A DNA stretch of 64,000 bases from a virus: IMG/VR virus record IMGVR_UViG_3300045988_173968; one strand, 5' to 3'. The notes beneath the pieces were generated by a model. It saw only the letters and a program-made list of their open reading frames with translations. It did not search any database and was not told where the DNA came from. A program made the position numbers and the translations under genes. Shown piece by piece: positions 15,436-26,991 of the stretch (positions within the stretch are counted from its first letter, which is position 1; each line of letters begins with the position of its first letter).

Positions 15436-18243
15436 GTGAGCTTAACTGACCAGATAAATATCTATGCCGTAGATTCTGACGCATTCTACAACGAGGAAGA
15501 ACGGGATATCAGTATTCAGCTCAATAATCTGCGCACCAGAAAGAAGAATTTGAAAGAGGAGTTACGAATTGCTGAGCAGTTTCTGGGTGGTTCCCTTCCG
15601 GAGAAGTCATAGGCTACCCGATATCGTGAGATATACCGGTTGCGTAAGGAAATTGAGATTGACCCGCCTACACAGGATGTGGTTGAGATTCTCAATGAGC
15701 AAATTGCTACCTTGACCCCTATTATCACGGGGCTCAAAAACGAGCTTAAGGATAAACTGGAGAGCCATTCCGGAATTCGCGCCCTTGACCCTCGTGCGCT
15801 CTCCCCTAAAAATGTTATATCGGTGTTTGAATCCGCCATGACAAGAGTGTTTGGCTTCGAGAAGGATCAGTTATACGATGATGTAATTGTTGTTCGGGCG
15901 TATTACTACGAGGTGCTGAAAGACATCATGCGGGATGGATTTCTTCACAATGGTGAGCGGTATGTGGTGTTTACGGCATCCGCAGGACAGATCCGAACCA
16001 AAAGAACCGTCTTTGTTAAGGAATCTCTGCTTGAGAAGCATCGTCTGACACTCATGTGTGGGCTTACGGTTGACCATATCAATGAGCTGGGCGGTGTCAA
16101 TGTCAATAAGTATCTGGCTTATTTGGCTTTGAGTAACTCTGCCACTGATATTTGGGAAGGGTTCGATATTGATAAGTCCATCGTTGTAGAAGACTTTGAG
16201 ACGCTCGTAAATGGCACCGTAGACTACATTGATGGTACTACATATGAAATCACTCGCAAGGAAATGGGCGTTCCCATAACGCACACAGATGGCTGTGGAA
16301 TGATGCTGCCGAGCATCAGTTGGAAGAACATGATGGTGCGGCTCCCATGGGTAAAGGGATTGCTCGCCTCTTTCGACTTCAAGAAGTTCATTCGAGAGGC
16401 TAATGAGAGAGAACCGGAGATAAACCATGGTCTCGTCAGAGATATCTACGGCAAAGAATGGGATATTCTGCGAGACGATATCCGTTGTATTTTCACTAAG
16501 AGTCAGTTCAAAATGTAGAAATATTACGACAATTGGCAGGATTATGTCGATAAATTTAAACATTATGGGTGTCTGGCGTGTAAGTGCAACGAAGAAGAGA
16601 GCTTCATCCCCAACGCCAAACTGAACTACCAGATGTTGCAGACTCTGACCGATATATCAGATGAGGAGTTGCGGGCTCTCGCTGAAAAGTCAGTCAAAAA
16701 GCTGGACAACATTGCAGCGGATAAGGATACCATGCTCCGAGTATTTGGTGTTAAGGACAGCAACCGAGAGAAGAATCACTTTCAGAAATGTGTCGGTATC
16801 TATAATGAACTTCTCTGCCAGGAGTATTCCAAGGAAACCTTAAAACAGATAAAAAAGAGCCTCGTCAATGACTATCGGGCGGGAAAATTTGATGTTGATG
16901 GCAAATATCTGTTTATTATTCCGGATCTGTACGCATTTTGCGAGCATCTGTTCCTTGGCATTGAAGTGCCGCAGGGGCTGCTTAAGGACGGTGAAGTGTC
17001 GGCAAGAGTGTTCGCCAAGCGGGAGAAGCTGGATTGCCTGCGGAGTCCACACCTCTACCGCGAGCATGGTGTTCGCCGTAATGTGGTCAACGAGGATACG
17101 AAGAAGTGGTTCCGTACTGATGCTCTTTATACAAGCTCTTATGATTTAATTAGCAAATTATTGCAATTCGATTGCGACGGAGATAAGAGCTTAGTGGTCG
17201 CTGACGAACTATTTGTCAGCATAGCAGAACGAAACATGCATGGTATTGTCCCCCTCTATTACGAGATGGCGAAGGCGGGACAGATGCATATTGACAATAT
17301 GAAGATCTACGATGGTTTGCAGGCTGCCTACAGCGGTGGCAATATCGGTGAGATCAGCAATACTATTACGAAGATTTGGAACAGTGGCGAAATGACGCAG
17401 GATAAACTTGATGTGATTAAGTGGTTATGCTTCGAGAATAATGCAACAATTGATTACGCAAAAACATTGTAGAAGCCCATCCGCCCACATTATGTTGATA
17501 AAGCCATTAAATCCTGCGCCAACTATAAGCCACCCCAATTCTTTATTTACGCTAAAGATAAAACCCAGGAACAAGTAGAACCACGCAATGACAGCATCGT
17601 CAACAAGTTGTTTGACATTATCCCCGATAAGAGAATGCGTTTTACGGCTGCCAACCTCGGGAAGTTCGATTATAAGGTACTGATGCGAAATCCCATCGTT
17701 TCTATTGACCCTCGTGTCATTGAGAAATTCAAAGATCTTGACGCCAGAAAGAACTTGTCTTTGTCTTACGGTTCCAACGAGGAGAACTATGCATTCTTCC
17801 GTACAACCGTTAGATGTGAGCTGTATGCTATTAACCCGAATGTGAACGCCGTCTGTGATATGCTTGTGGCTCACTTCTTCCGGGACAAGAAAAGTAAGAG
17901 CCTTAATACATTCTGGCTGTGCTATGGTGACATAGTGTTCCAGAATATTCGAAACAACATCGAGAAAGATTACATACAGTGCAGTTGCTGCGGCAAACGG
18001 TTCTGGAGAACCTCTTATAAGAACCAGATTTGCGAGGCATGCATTGAGAAGATGTCTAATCCAAATCTGCCAAAACCAATTAGATACAAGGTAAAGGTCT
18101 GCATTGATTGTGGTAAAGAGTTCAAGACAGTTTCTACCGCAAGACGAGCTTGTCGTTGCACCGAGTGTAGCAAAATACGGAAGAGGAAAAATACAGCTAA
18201 GCGCGTATCACTCTTCCGGAGCAAAGAAAGTAACGCTTTATAA
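15436..18243 (+). CDS. single-subunit two-barrel RNA polymerase (YonO / cellular RdRP-like) with in-frame TAGs at 15610, 16516 and 17470
   Basis: GTG start after GGGAGGGTGA. Motifs YVVFTASAGQIRTKRTVFV, LRSPHLYREHG and the catalytic FDCDGDKSLV (DxDGD). Four track ORFs lie in one frame, separated only by TAG. C-terminal CxxC zinc ribbons. Confidence 0.75.
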
Positions 18244-18714
18244 AAAAAGCGAGAAGTCCATAAAACCGCTTAAAATAAGGCTTTTTTGTCTCCGTTATTA
18301 TTTAAAAATGCCGAAAAGTGCCTATTTCAACGCATTTATCGGCATTTTCATTAAATTACAATACGGGAGGCTAATGGGCGAATTGTATGAATGTGAAGCC
18401 GCTTGTTCCCCACACTCTGGGCGGAGCAGCAACTCCGCCCGGTCAGCCACACCCGCCCACCGTTGGCGGCAATACAAATGAACGGCTCGATAAATACCGT
18501 CCGCTTACCACCACCGGCGGCAATACAAATTGGTGGTTTAAAACAGAACAGGACTTCCTGGCACGCGCTGCAAGGCAGTGAAACACAGGGAGACATTTTG
18601 CTTAAAAGGGAGCGGTGCGCGTACACTGCTCCCCTATTCTTTATCTGCTATGGGATGGCTGACCAATAAACAGCCAAGGCTATATGCCGTAATATTTAAG
18701 GAGATTAAATTAAA

Positions 18715-18918
18715 GTGTTTAAGATCGGAAAAGATGAAGTAAAGGCGGTGCAGAAGCTTGCACCAAAAAACAAACTCAAGGTGTTGTCTCGCCGCAAGAA
18801 TTCCAGAGGGCATACATACCTCGTTCTTGATGATGATTATGATACCCTGCGCGTTCTCTCAAGCCTTCGTGGCAAGTCTATCCGAGACATCCTGGCGGAC
18901 GAGTACCGCTACATTTAA
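18715..18918 (+). CDS. hypothetical basic protein (67 aa)
   Basis: GTG start after TAAGGAG. Confidence 0.5.
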   Translation: MFKIGKDEVKAVQKLAPKNKLKVLSRRKNSRGHTYLVLDDDYDTLRVLSSLRGKSIRDILADEYRYI

Positions 18919-18929
18919 GGAGGTCTGGC

Positions 18930-20213
18930 ATGATAGATTTCAAGAGAAAGGAAAACGAAACAGAAAATCAGTACCTGTGGCGGGTTGGCGTAGCTATTGA
19001 AAATGGTTCTGCTGGACTGACATAGGATGAGGCTGCTCCGCTTATCAATAAGGAATGGCGCGAAGATGAATCTGAATATCGTACATCTTCTGCTTACCGT
19101 AAGCCGGTGCAGTATGCCCTCCGTTTTATGGAGGACGGTGTGTTTGATGGCAAGAAGGATGGATTGTCCGAAGAACTAATCGAACAGAAATACGAGCTGA
19201 CCAAGGAGCGTATGCGTCTGCGTGATGAGCGTCGAGCAATCAACGACCGCCTGCGGTCTGCCGCTCGCTTAGATCACCGTCTGGATTACCTCGGTGAACT
19301 TATTGAGAGCAATGGCCATGCGTCTTTTGGCAATATCCAGTTGCCGGAGCAGAGAACTATCAATCGCCGTAAGGCTGACATTATTGTTTCTTTGGCTGAT
19401 TTGCACATCGGCGCATCATACTATAATTATAATGGTGTGTATGACAGCGAGATGGCAAAGAAACGGCTTGTAGAATACTTGTCGTATGTCAAGGAAATAA
19501 AGGATACACACGACCCAGAGAATTGCCACATCGTAATTCTCGGTGATTGCATTTCCGGCAATATACATAAGAATCTATCCGTTACGAATGGCGAGAGTGT
19601 TGTAGCACAGATTCAGCTCATGTGCGACTATGTGAGCGAGTTCTGCGGCAGAGTTGGCGAGATGTTCGGTCAGACTGGCGGCAATGTAACTATTCATTGT
19701 GTTGCTGGAAACCATACTCGTCTCGATAAGAAGGAAGATGCTCTTCACGACGAGCGCCTGGATGATTTACTTCTTTGGTATCTGAGCAGATTCTTTGCAA
19801 AGGTTCCCAATGTGTCCGTTTCCGAAGAGCGCCTCGATAACGGGATTGACCAATTCATTATTCGTGGTCGTAGCTATGTCGCAGTGCATGGCGATTTCGA
19901 CGGCTTCAACGAAGCTGGCGTATCCAAACTGGCGATGTTCCTTGGGTACAAACCAAATGTTGTACTGTATGGGCACAGGCACTTCCCTGCCATGACAGAA
20001 TGTTCCGATGTGGTAATGGTGCAGAGCGGCAGCTTGGGCGGTAGCGGGGATCAGTTCACACTGGAGCATCGGATGCGTTCAATGCCTGCTCAGTCCGTTC
20101 TCGTTGTTAATAGCGATGGCGTTGTTGCTCATTATCCTGTTAAGCTTGGTATTATTCCCTGTCTCTCCTACGACCTGGAAAAGTATCCTGCGGAGGAGGA
20201 TGATATCCTGTGA
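18930..20213 (+). CDS. metallophosphoesterase (SbcD/Mre11-like motifs) with an N-terminal HTH-like segment and an in-frame TAG at 19023
   Basis: ATG after AAGGAGG. Motifs DLHIG, LGDCISG, GNHTR, HGD, GHRH. The sequence GLT-TAG-DEAAPLINKEW fits an LTQxE HTH pattern. Confidence 0.65.
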
Positions 20214-20533
20214 ACAAACATAAATTCATACGCTATGTATCCGACGAAACAAGGATTCGCGTGAACGAGTGCGATTATATGGTCAACGCTATTCTCCGGT
20301 GTATTAAGGATGTGTTAGCAACCGGCGAAGATCTCTACTTAAATGACTTTGGCAAATTCATTGTCGAGCGTCGAGACCCAAGGAAGTGCATTCTGCCAGA
20401 TGGCGCTGAGTGTATGGCACCTGGCAAGATCATTATTAAGTTTCGACCTTCGGTTTCTTTGAAGGAAGAAATGGAATATGTCCCTAATCCTGAAAATCTT
20501 CGCAAGAACGGTGGCGGAGACGCAGCTAAATAA
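20210..20533 (+). CDS. HU/IHF-family DNA-binding protein
   Basis: GTG start after GGAGGAGGA. DFGKFIVERRDPRKCILPDG...IIIKFRPSVSLK matches the HU arm region. Confidence 0.7.
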   Translation: MNKHKFIRYVSDETRIRVNECDYMVNAILRCIKDVLATGEDLYLNDFGKFIVERRDPRKCILPDGAECMAPGKIIIKFRPSVSLKEEMEYVPNPENLRKNGGGDAAK

Positions 20534-20620
20534 ATGTCTGGTGAACTTGTATTAAAGGTGTACCCTACCTTAGTGGGAGCTAAAAAAGCGGTGTTGCTCA
20601 GCCGAAATTGGGCAGAGTGA

Positions 20621-20648
20621 GGGAGCGTCCGAAATGGCGCTCCCTTTT
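20621..20648 (+). terminator. rho-independent terminator
   Basis: GGGAGCG...CGCUCCC followed by UUUU. Confidence 0.7.
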
Positions 20649-20676
20649 CATATGAGCGATTAAGAGGAGTGATTAA

Positions 20677-21804
20677 ATGACCGCACCTACAAAGAGGAGC
20701 CTTAAGCCAGCGATTGGTGCGGCTAAGGAACCTGCTTTTGAAAAGCGAAATGAAAAGTACGAATGTGTTTGCTGCCACGAAGAAAAGAAGCCTACTGATT
20801 TCTACAAATCCCCTACTGCGGCGTTTTGGGACTACCCCGGCAGCATTACACTTGTGTGCAAGCAATGCGTCCGTAAGCAGTTTGATCGTGATGTGGATCA
20901 ATACGGTCTTGACAATGCAATTATGTTTACCTGCTATCGTCTTGACCAGCCATATATCAAGTCAACTGCAGAGGATGTTAAGGTCAACACAAACCCGTTT
21001 GATATTGGTGTTTACCTTGGCTCTGTTTCTCGTGCTGCCTATACCGGCAAATCTTTCGCGTGGTCTCTCCTTTCCGGAGAAATTAACCGTGACGATGACA
21101 ATAGTGTCAAGGAAGAGAGAGAAGATAAATGGTCTAAGCGAGACCGCCAGAATATGAACTATGTCATATCGATTATTGGGTATGACCCGTTTGATGACGC
21201 TGGCCTTAGTAATATGGACAGAAAGTATTGCTACAATGTCCTTTCATCTTACCTTAATACACCTTATATTACGGACGATTCTCACAAGATGCAGTCCGTT
21301 ATCCAGCTTACCAATACATTGTTGCAGGTTCGCAAGATTGACGAAGCAATCAACAGAGAGCAGCTGAAGGCAAACACTAATACCGATACTCTCACCAATA
21401 TGGTCATGGCGAGAAAGAACCTGCAGACCATTGTAAATGCCATTGTAAAAGACAACAATATTGCCTCGCAGTATTCCAAGGAAAAGACCGGCGGGGAAAA
21501 TACCTTGACCGGCAAGATGCGGGAGCTAACCAATAATGGCTATGAAGCAATGAAGGTTAATCTATTTGATATTAAAACCTCTGAGGCTATGAAGCAAATC
21601 GCTGATCTTAGTAACTCGAGCATCATGGAACAGCTCTCTCTAGATGCCAACGACTATACCGAAATGCTGAAAGAGCAACGCACCATGCTGACTGACCTGC
21701 GAGAAAAGGCGGATGCGCTTGAGGAGGAAAATAGACAGCTCAAGAATAATCTTGAAAATCTGATTTCGGAATCATCAGCTAAGAGAAAGCGTGGTGGTTC
21801 ATAA
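20677..21804 (+). CDS. hypothetical protein with a zinc ribbon and C-terminal coiled coil; candidate small terminase by position only
   Basis: ORF with AGAGGAG RBS. CVCC...CKQC motif. Stop overlaps the terL start (TAATG). Confidence 0.5.
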   Translation: MTAPTKRSLKPAIGAAKEPAFEKRNEKYECVCCHEEKKPTDFYKSPTAAFWDYPGSITLVCKQCVRKQFDRDVDQYGLDNAIMFTCYRLDQPYIKSTAEDVKVNTNPFDIGVYLGSVSRAAYTGKSFAWSLLSGEINRDDDNSVKEEREDKWSKRDRQNMNYVISIIGYDPFDDAGLSNMDRKYCYNVLSSYLNTPYITDDSHKMQSVIQLTNTLLQVRKIDEAINREQLKANTNTDTLTNMVMARKNLQTIVNAIVKDNNIASQYSKEKTGGENTLTGKMRELTNNGYEAMKVNLFDIKTSEAMKQIADLSNSSIMEQLSLDANDYTEMLKEQRTMLTDLREKADALEEENRQLKNNLENLISESSAKRKRGGS

Positions 21805-23630
21805 TGGAAATTTATGTGCCAACTACACCATCCGAATGGTCTCAGCGCAAGGTCGAGGAATATGAAAAGGCGGCAAAAGTAATCAATTAGGGGCGAGAAA
21901 ACCCTGTTCGCTTTGCGGAGGAAGTGTTCGGCATTGCCATGATCGACTATCAGAAGTGGTCTTTCATGGAGAGCTGGTGGCGGCCATATGTTCTTTGGCT
22001 CTGTAGCCGTTCAGCCGGTAAGACAACCGAGGCTGCAATCTTCTTGCAAACGAAGTGCTTCCTTATACCGAACTATACGGTCTGGATCTTTACAAACAGC
22101 GCCGGTCAGTCTATTGAGTGCTTCAAGAAAATCGAGGATATCGCCTTGCAGAAGATTCCTTCATTTAGAACCTGTACGGACATCTTCGCTTCCGAAATCG
22201 AGAGAAACTCCAATTCCCCTACTGGGTTTATTCATGACCCTGCGGGTCATCACTTCTCTCTGTTTAATAATTCTGGTGTGACTACCCTGTCTTCAAACCT
22301 TAACGCCATTCGTGGTAAGCGTGGTTCTATATTCTACGACGAGACTGGTTGGATGGGCAAAGAAGAATTTGCAACCACTGAACCATTCGCTTCACAGGAC
22401 GCGAGTTGGGGTATCGGCGTCTCTAAAGGCCCTAAGTATTACGAGCCGCAGGCGATGCCTTTGCAGAGACTGTACGCTAGTTCCGCAAGTGATGTGACAT
22501 ATCCGTTTTACGAGAAGTATCGTGATTTCTCTAAGAAAATGATTCTTGGGCATCCTGACTACTTCGTTTGCGATATCAACGCTAACACTATTTTAGATTT
22601 CTCTACTCTTAATGGCGAACAGATCCCTTCTCACTTACAGCGAGAAGAAATCATCCGAAAGATGGACGAAGACCCGGATATGGCAGAGCGCGAATACTTC
22701 AACAAATTCTCAAAAGGCGGCGCTCAAAACAGTGTTGTCCGTATGGAGACAATGATCCGGAACTCTTTTGTTTATCCTCCGGTTATGTGCAACGATACTG
22801 GTAAGCGTAAATTCATCTTTACATATGACCCTGCTCGCAACTTCGATGGAAGTGTCCTTTCTATTTTTGAGCTTATTGAGGACGAAAAAGTTGGATTGAA
22901 GTTGCGGTATGTGCGGTGTATTTCCTTTGTCGATACAGAAACGCGCAAGAAAACTCCATTGCCGATGAACGAGCAGGTCAAAATAATCAAAAAACTGCTC
23001 GTTGATTACAACGGGCCGAACGCTGCTGACTGGGAAAATATCGAGGTTTATATCGATGCCGGTGCCGGTGGTGGCGGTATCTCTGCCGTGGCTGATAACC
23101 TTATGGAGGATTGGGAAGACAGTTCCGGGCAGGTGCATCGTGGCATGGTTGATCCGGAACATAAACAGTATGAGACTTCCAGGGCAAATTATCCTAATGC
23201 TCTTCCCTGCATTCATCTGATTGAACCTGCTTCTCATAAGCGGCTTATCTTTGATGCGCTGGAGAATATGACAAAGTTTGACCTGATTGAGTTTCCTGAT
23301 TATGACGGCAAGGATGTTATAACCATAGTAAATGCCGATGGCAGCTATCAGGATTATGAGCTTTCCTTCCCAGAGCGGCTTGCCCTGGTGCAGTGCAATC
23401 TTGCCAAAACTGAAATCACCTATATGCGAAAGTATATTTCCGCCAATGGGCAGACATCATACGATCTCGCTAAGGATAAGAAAAACACAATGCATGATGA
23501 TCGTTGTTACACCGTAGCCATGGCTGCATGGGTTCTTTCTCAAAAGAGAAGAACCGATTTAATCAATTCCAATGTCCAAACAGATGACGATTTTTCTGAA
23601 TTCTGTTTCCGGGCGCCAAAAGTAAAATAA
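21804..23630 (+). CDS. terL: terminase large subunit with an in-frame TAG at 21888
   Basis: Walker A CSRSAGKT and Walker B IFYDETGW. Nuclease motif MHDDRCYTVAMAAW. The N-terminal 28 codons join ORF 21924..23630 in frame through the TAG. Confidence 0.85.
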
Positions 23631-23646
23631 GGGAGGTGCGCAGTGC

Positions 23647-25152
23647 TTGCAAAAATATGCAAATCGTAAAGACATGATGAACCGTCGTAAGGGCGAATCA
23701 CACCCTGAGCCAGTTGTAGATCCACCTATGATGTTTGCAAATCTCAATCATGTTATTTATCGTGATTTGAATGGCACGACTCGTGCCCCGACTTTCGCAA
23801 AATACTCGAGAGAAGAAATTATCACTTATCTCTCAAATCCGTACAGATATAAAACACAGCTTCGCAATGCTGTTATCTATATGTATGGAGCCAGTTCCAA
23901 CTTCCGCCGCCTAATCCAATATTTCGTCGGGCTGAACGATTTCTCATATATCGTTACGCCATACCGAATGGATTATGACAGCGCTGAAACCAAAGGCACT
24001 ACATATAAGAAGAACTACATCAAAACTCTTGATTTTCTGTCCACTATGAACATTAAGACGCAGGGGGCCAAGATTTTGACTGTGTGCCTGCGGGAAGATG
24101 TGTTCTATGGCACTTGCCATGTCACAAAAGACGATATCACTATTCAGCAGTTGCCTTCCGAGTATTGCGATATCACATCCGTTGAGGGAAATGTCTTCAA
24201 TGTATCGTTCAATTTTAGCTATTTTGATTCGAGAAAGGATCTTTTGCCGTTTTATCCGCCGGAGTTTGAGCGTAGATACAACGACTACACCGATAGCTCG
24301 AAGAAAGACATCGGCAAATGGCAGGAGCTTGACTCTCCAACATCCTTTGCTATCAAAGTTAATAGTGATGTTCCAGACTATCCTATTCCGCCGTTTGCTG
24401 GCATTCTTCCCAATCTCTATGATATCTCGGACTATCAAAGCCTGAAAATGACAAAAACCGAGCTGGAGAACTACGCAATTCTGGCGATGTATCTTGAAAA
24501 AGATCCCGATGGCAGATGGCAGATGGACTTCGGCAAGGCGGAAAAGTATTGGCGTAACCTCGATGGTGTTCTGCCAGATGAGGTTGGTTCTATTCTGTCG
24601 CCTATGAAGCTTGAGAAAATCAGCTTTGACAGGGCTGGAGGCACTTCCACTTCCGATACTGTTTCCGACGCGGAAGAGCACATGTTTAGTTCTGCTGGTG
24701 TATCTTCTCAAATTTTCTCTAGCAAGAATGCCACATCGAGCAATGCAATGCTCCTTTCTATCAAGGCAGACCAAAACATTACTTTTGGCATTGTTCGTAT
24801 GATTGAAGACGCCATCAACCGAATACTGCACGAACAATCTGCATCTAAGAACTTCTCTATTCGTTTCTTGGATACTTCTTGCTATAACCGCAAGGAAGCC
24901 GCAGAGGTCTACCTTAATGGTTGTCGATCTGGTGCGCCTTTTGTATCCGCCTACTGTGCAGTTGCGGCTGGCCTTAATCCGGAGGAGATGGATGGTCTTT
25001 GTTGGATTGAGCAGAAGGGTTTTGATTTCGTGTCGAAGTTTAACCCACTGCGGATGTCGTCTACTCAGTCCGGCAATGGGGGAAATGGTCGTCCTGAGTC
25101 TAATCCCGATACGCTCACGGATGAGGGCGAGCGCTCCAGAGAGAAGAATTGA
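23647..25152 (+). CDS. portal protein (by position and size)
   Basis: 501 aa. TTG start after GGGAGGTG. Lies immediately after terL. Confidence 0.6.
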   Translation: MQKYANRKDMMNRRKGESHPEPVVDPPMMFANLNHVIYRDLNGTTRAPTFAKYSREEIITYLSNPYRYKTQLRNAVIYMYGASSNFRRLIQYFVGLNDFSYIVTPYRMDYDSAETKGTTYKKNYIKTLDFLSTMNIKTQGAKILTVCLREDVFYGTCHVTKDDITIQQLPSEYCDITSVEGNVFNVSFNFSYFDSRKDLLPFYPPEFERRYNDYTDSSKKDIGKWQELDSPTSFAIKVNSDVPDYPIPPFAGILPNLYDISDYQSLKMTKTELENYAILAMYLEKDPDGRWQMDFGKAEKYWRNLDGVLPDEVGSILSPMKLEKISFDRAGGTSTSDTVSDAEEHMFSSAGVSSQIFSSKNATSSNAMLLSIKADQNITFGIVRMIEDAINRILHEQSASKNFSIRFLDTSCYNRKEAAEVYLNGCRSGAPFVSAYCAVAAGLNPEEMDGLCWIEQKGFDFVSKFNPLRMSSTQSGNGGNGRPESNPDTLTDEGERSREKN

Positions 25153-25162
25153 GGTGGCGCGT

Positions 25163-25351
25163 ATGGAATTTATTTATGTTCTTAATCCCAAAGCCGCAGA
25201 AGAACTGATGGCTCAGGGGTTTGGATATACTACTTCGACCATGAACGGAAACTTGGTTTGGATTTTTGATTACAACGATGAGCTGCAGCGGTTTACGCTG
25301 TCCCGCTATTCCGATGATCAATATTTCATTTCCGACACGATGTTCATTTGA
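25163..25351 (+). CDS. hypothetical protein (62 aa)
   Basis: ATG within ORF 24803..25351, after TGAGGTGG. Confidence 0.4.
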   Translation: MEFIYVLNPKAAEELMAQGFGYTTSTMNGNLVWIFDYNDELQRFTLSRYSDDQYFISDTMFI

Positions 25352-25398
25352 GGTGGTACTATGAAGATTTTTCAAAATGGAGGAGGTGAAAACGAAAA

Positions 25399-26970
25399 GT
25401 GGAACAAATAAATTTAAGTTTTTCCTCCAAATTGACTGAGTTTTCAAAACTTAATGAGCAATTTATCAAAGCATCCTGTTATGTAATGGCTCTTGGGAAA
25501 AACCGCAACGGCTCACACTTCTCAAAAGAAGCAGTGGTTGATGCCTTAGATTCGCTCTATTTTATTCCTGTCGTTGCTCACCTGCTTTATGATGAGGACA
25601 ACAACAAGTGGTATGTGGGTGGACATGATAGAGAGCTTGTGGTTACAGAAAATGGGCTTATGCTGAAAGATGTGACCGTTCCGTTCGGTTGCGTTATCCC
25701 CGAGAATACTGAGTTTGTAGAGGTTGAGGAAGACAACGGGACGCAAGCTACATATCTTAAGTGTTCTATTGTGATTTGGGCTGGAAGATACCCGAATCTC
25801 ATGGAAAGTATCTATAGCAGCGATCTCTACTGGGGTCAATCCATGGAGATCAAGGCTAAATCAATCCGTCCTTTGCCGAGTGATAAGAAGTATAGAGACA
25901 TCACTGAATTCACATTCTCATGTTTAACACTACTTGGCAAGGACGATAACCCCGAATACCATACAGAACCATGCTTCCCATCTGCTTGTGTGGTGCCTGT
26001 AGAGTATTCTTTGGGAGAAAACTTTAAATCTGAATTTGAACTTATGAAGAACCAGCTCAAAGAGCTGGCCTTTTCTTTTAGTCCGGATTCAAGAACTGGA
26101 GGGAAAGACTTGGAAGACAAGAAAGCTTTAATTGCAGAGTTTGGCCTGAACGAGGATCAGCTTGATTTTGAAATTAGCGATGAAATGAGTCTCGACGAGC
26201 TGCGGGAGAAGCTTACTGCATTTGCGGAAGCACACAGCTCCCAGTCCGGCAGTAATGACATCGAGTTTGGCGCTACTTTTAATGAACGCCGTGACGCTCT
26301 GTCTGCAGCTGTAACCGATGACTATGTTCGCAATGAGTCTGGCGATGTAACTGAGTACATCAGCCGCTGGCTCTTTGATTTCGATGACAAGTACATCTTC
26401 GTGAATGGCTACCACTATGTTGTCGCTGACAACACAGAGACCCGCTTCTATGCAAGAGTGCCCTATTCCTTTGATGAGGAGAACAAGGTCGCTTCTTTAA
26501 CCGGTGAGTATGAGCATATGTTTATGACTTTGCTGACTAACGAAGAGAAACAGGCCGTGGACAATGCGCGCGCCGAACAGGAGAACTATGTTGCTACCCA
26601 TTCCTACAGCAACGAGGAGTACGAGGCCCTGAAGGCATATAAAGACGAGAAGGAAACCGAGGCTCGTAATGCTGAATTTGATGCGGTGATTGCCGAGTAT
26701 GCAGAGATTGCCGAGATGCCTGAGTTTAAGGCTATTGCTGAATCTGTATATTCCTACGAGAATTCTGATGCTCTCCGCATGGCTTGTGATGCTGCCTATG
26801 GCAAATTCAAGCGTGAGCAAGCTGCTGTTGTTGCCCAGAACTTTTCTGCTGTCGGTGGCGAGAAAAAGGCTACTGGCAAGCTGAAAATGCCCACGGATTC
26901 TGCGTCTATTGACGGCAAAGGTGACAGCCGCCCCTACGGCGATCTGTTCGAAAAATACGGTAAGAAATAA
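25399..26970 (+). CDS. putative scaffolding / prohead-maturation protein
   Basis: 523 aa with an acidic coiled-coil C-terminal half. Lies between the portal and capsid genes. Confidence 0.45.
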   Translation: MEQINLSFSSKLTEFSKLNEQFIKASCYVMALGKNRNGSHFSKEAVVDALDSLYFIPVVAHLLYDEDNNKWYVGGHDRELVVTENGLMLKDVTVPFGCVIPENTEFVEVEEDNGTQATYLKCSIVIWAGRYPNLMESIYSSDLYWGQSMEIKAKSIRPLPSDKKYRDITEFTFSCLTLLGKDDNPEYHTEPCFPSACVVPVEYSLGENFKSEFELMKNQLKELAFSFSPDSRTGGKDLEDKKALIAEFGLNEDQLDFEISDEMSLDELREKLTAFAEAHSSQSGSNDIEFGATFNERRDALSAAVTDDYVRNESGDVTEYISRWLFDFDDKYIFVNGYHYVVADNTETRFYARVPYSFDEENKVASLTGEYEHMFMTLLTNEEKQAVDNARAEQENYVATHSYSNEEYEALKAYKDEKETEARNAEFDAVIAEYAEIAEMPEFKAIAESVYSYENSDALRMACDAAYGKFKREQAAVVAQNFSAVGGEKKATGKLKMPTDSASIDGKGDSRPYGDLFEKYGKK

Positions 26971-26991
26971 AAATACTGGAGGAATTTAATT

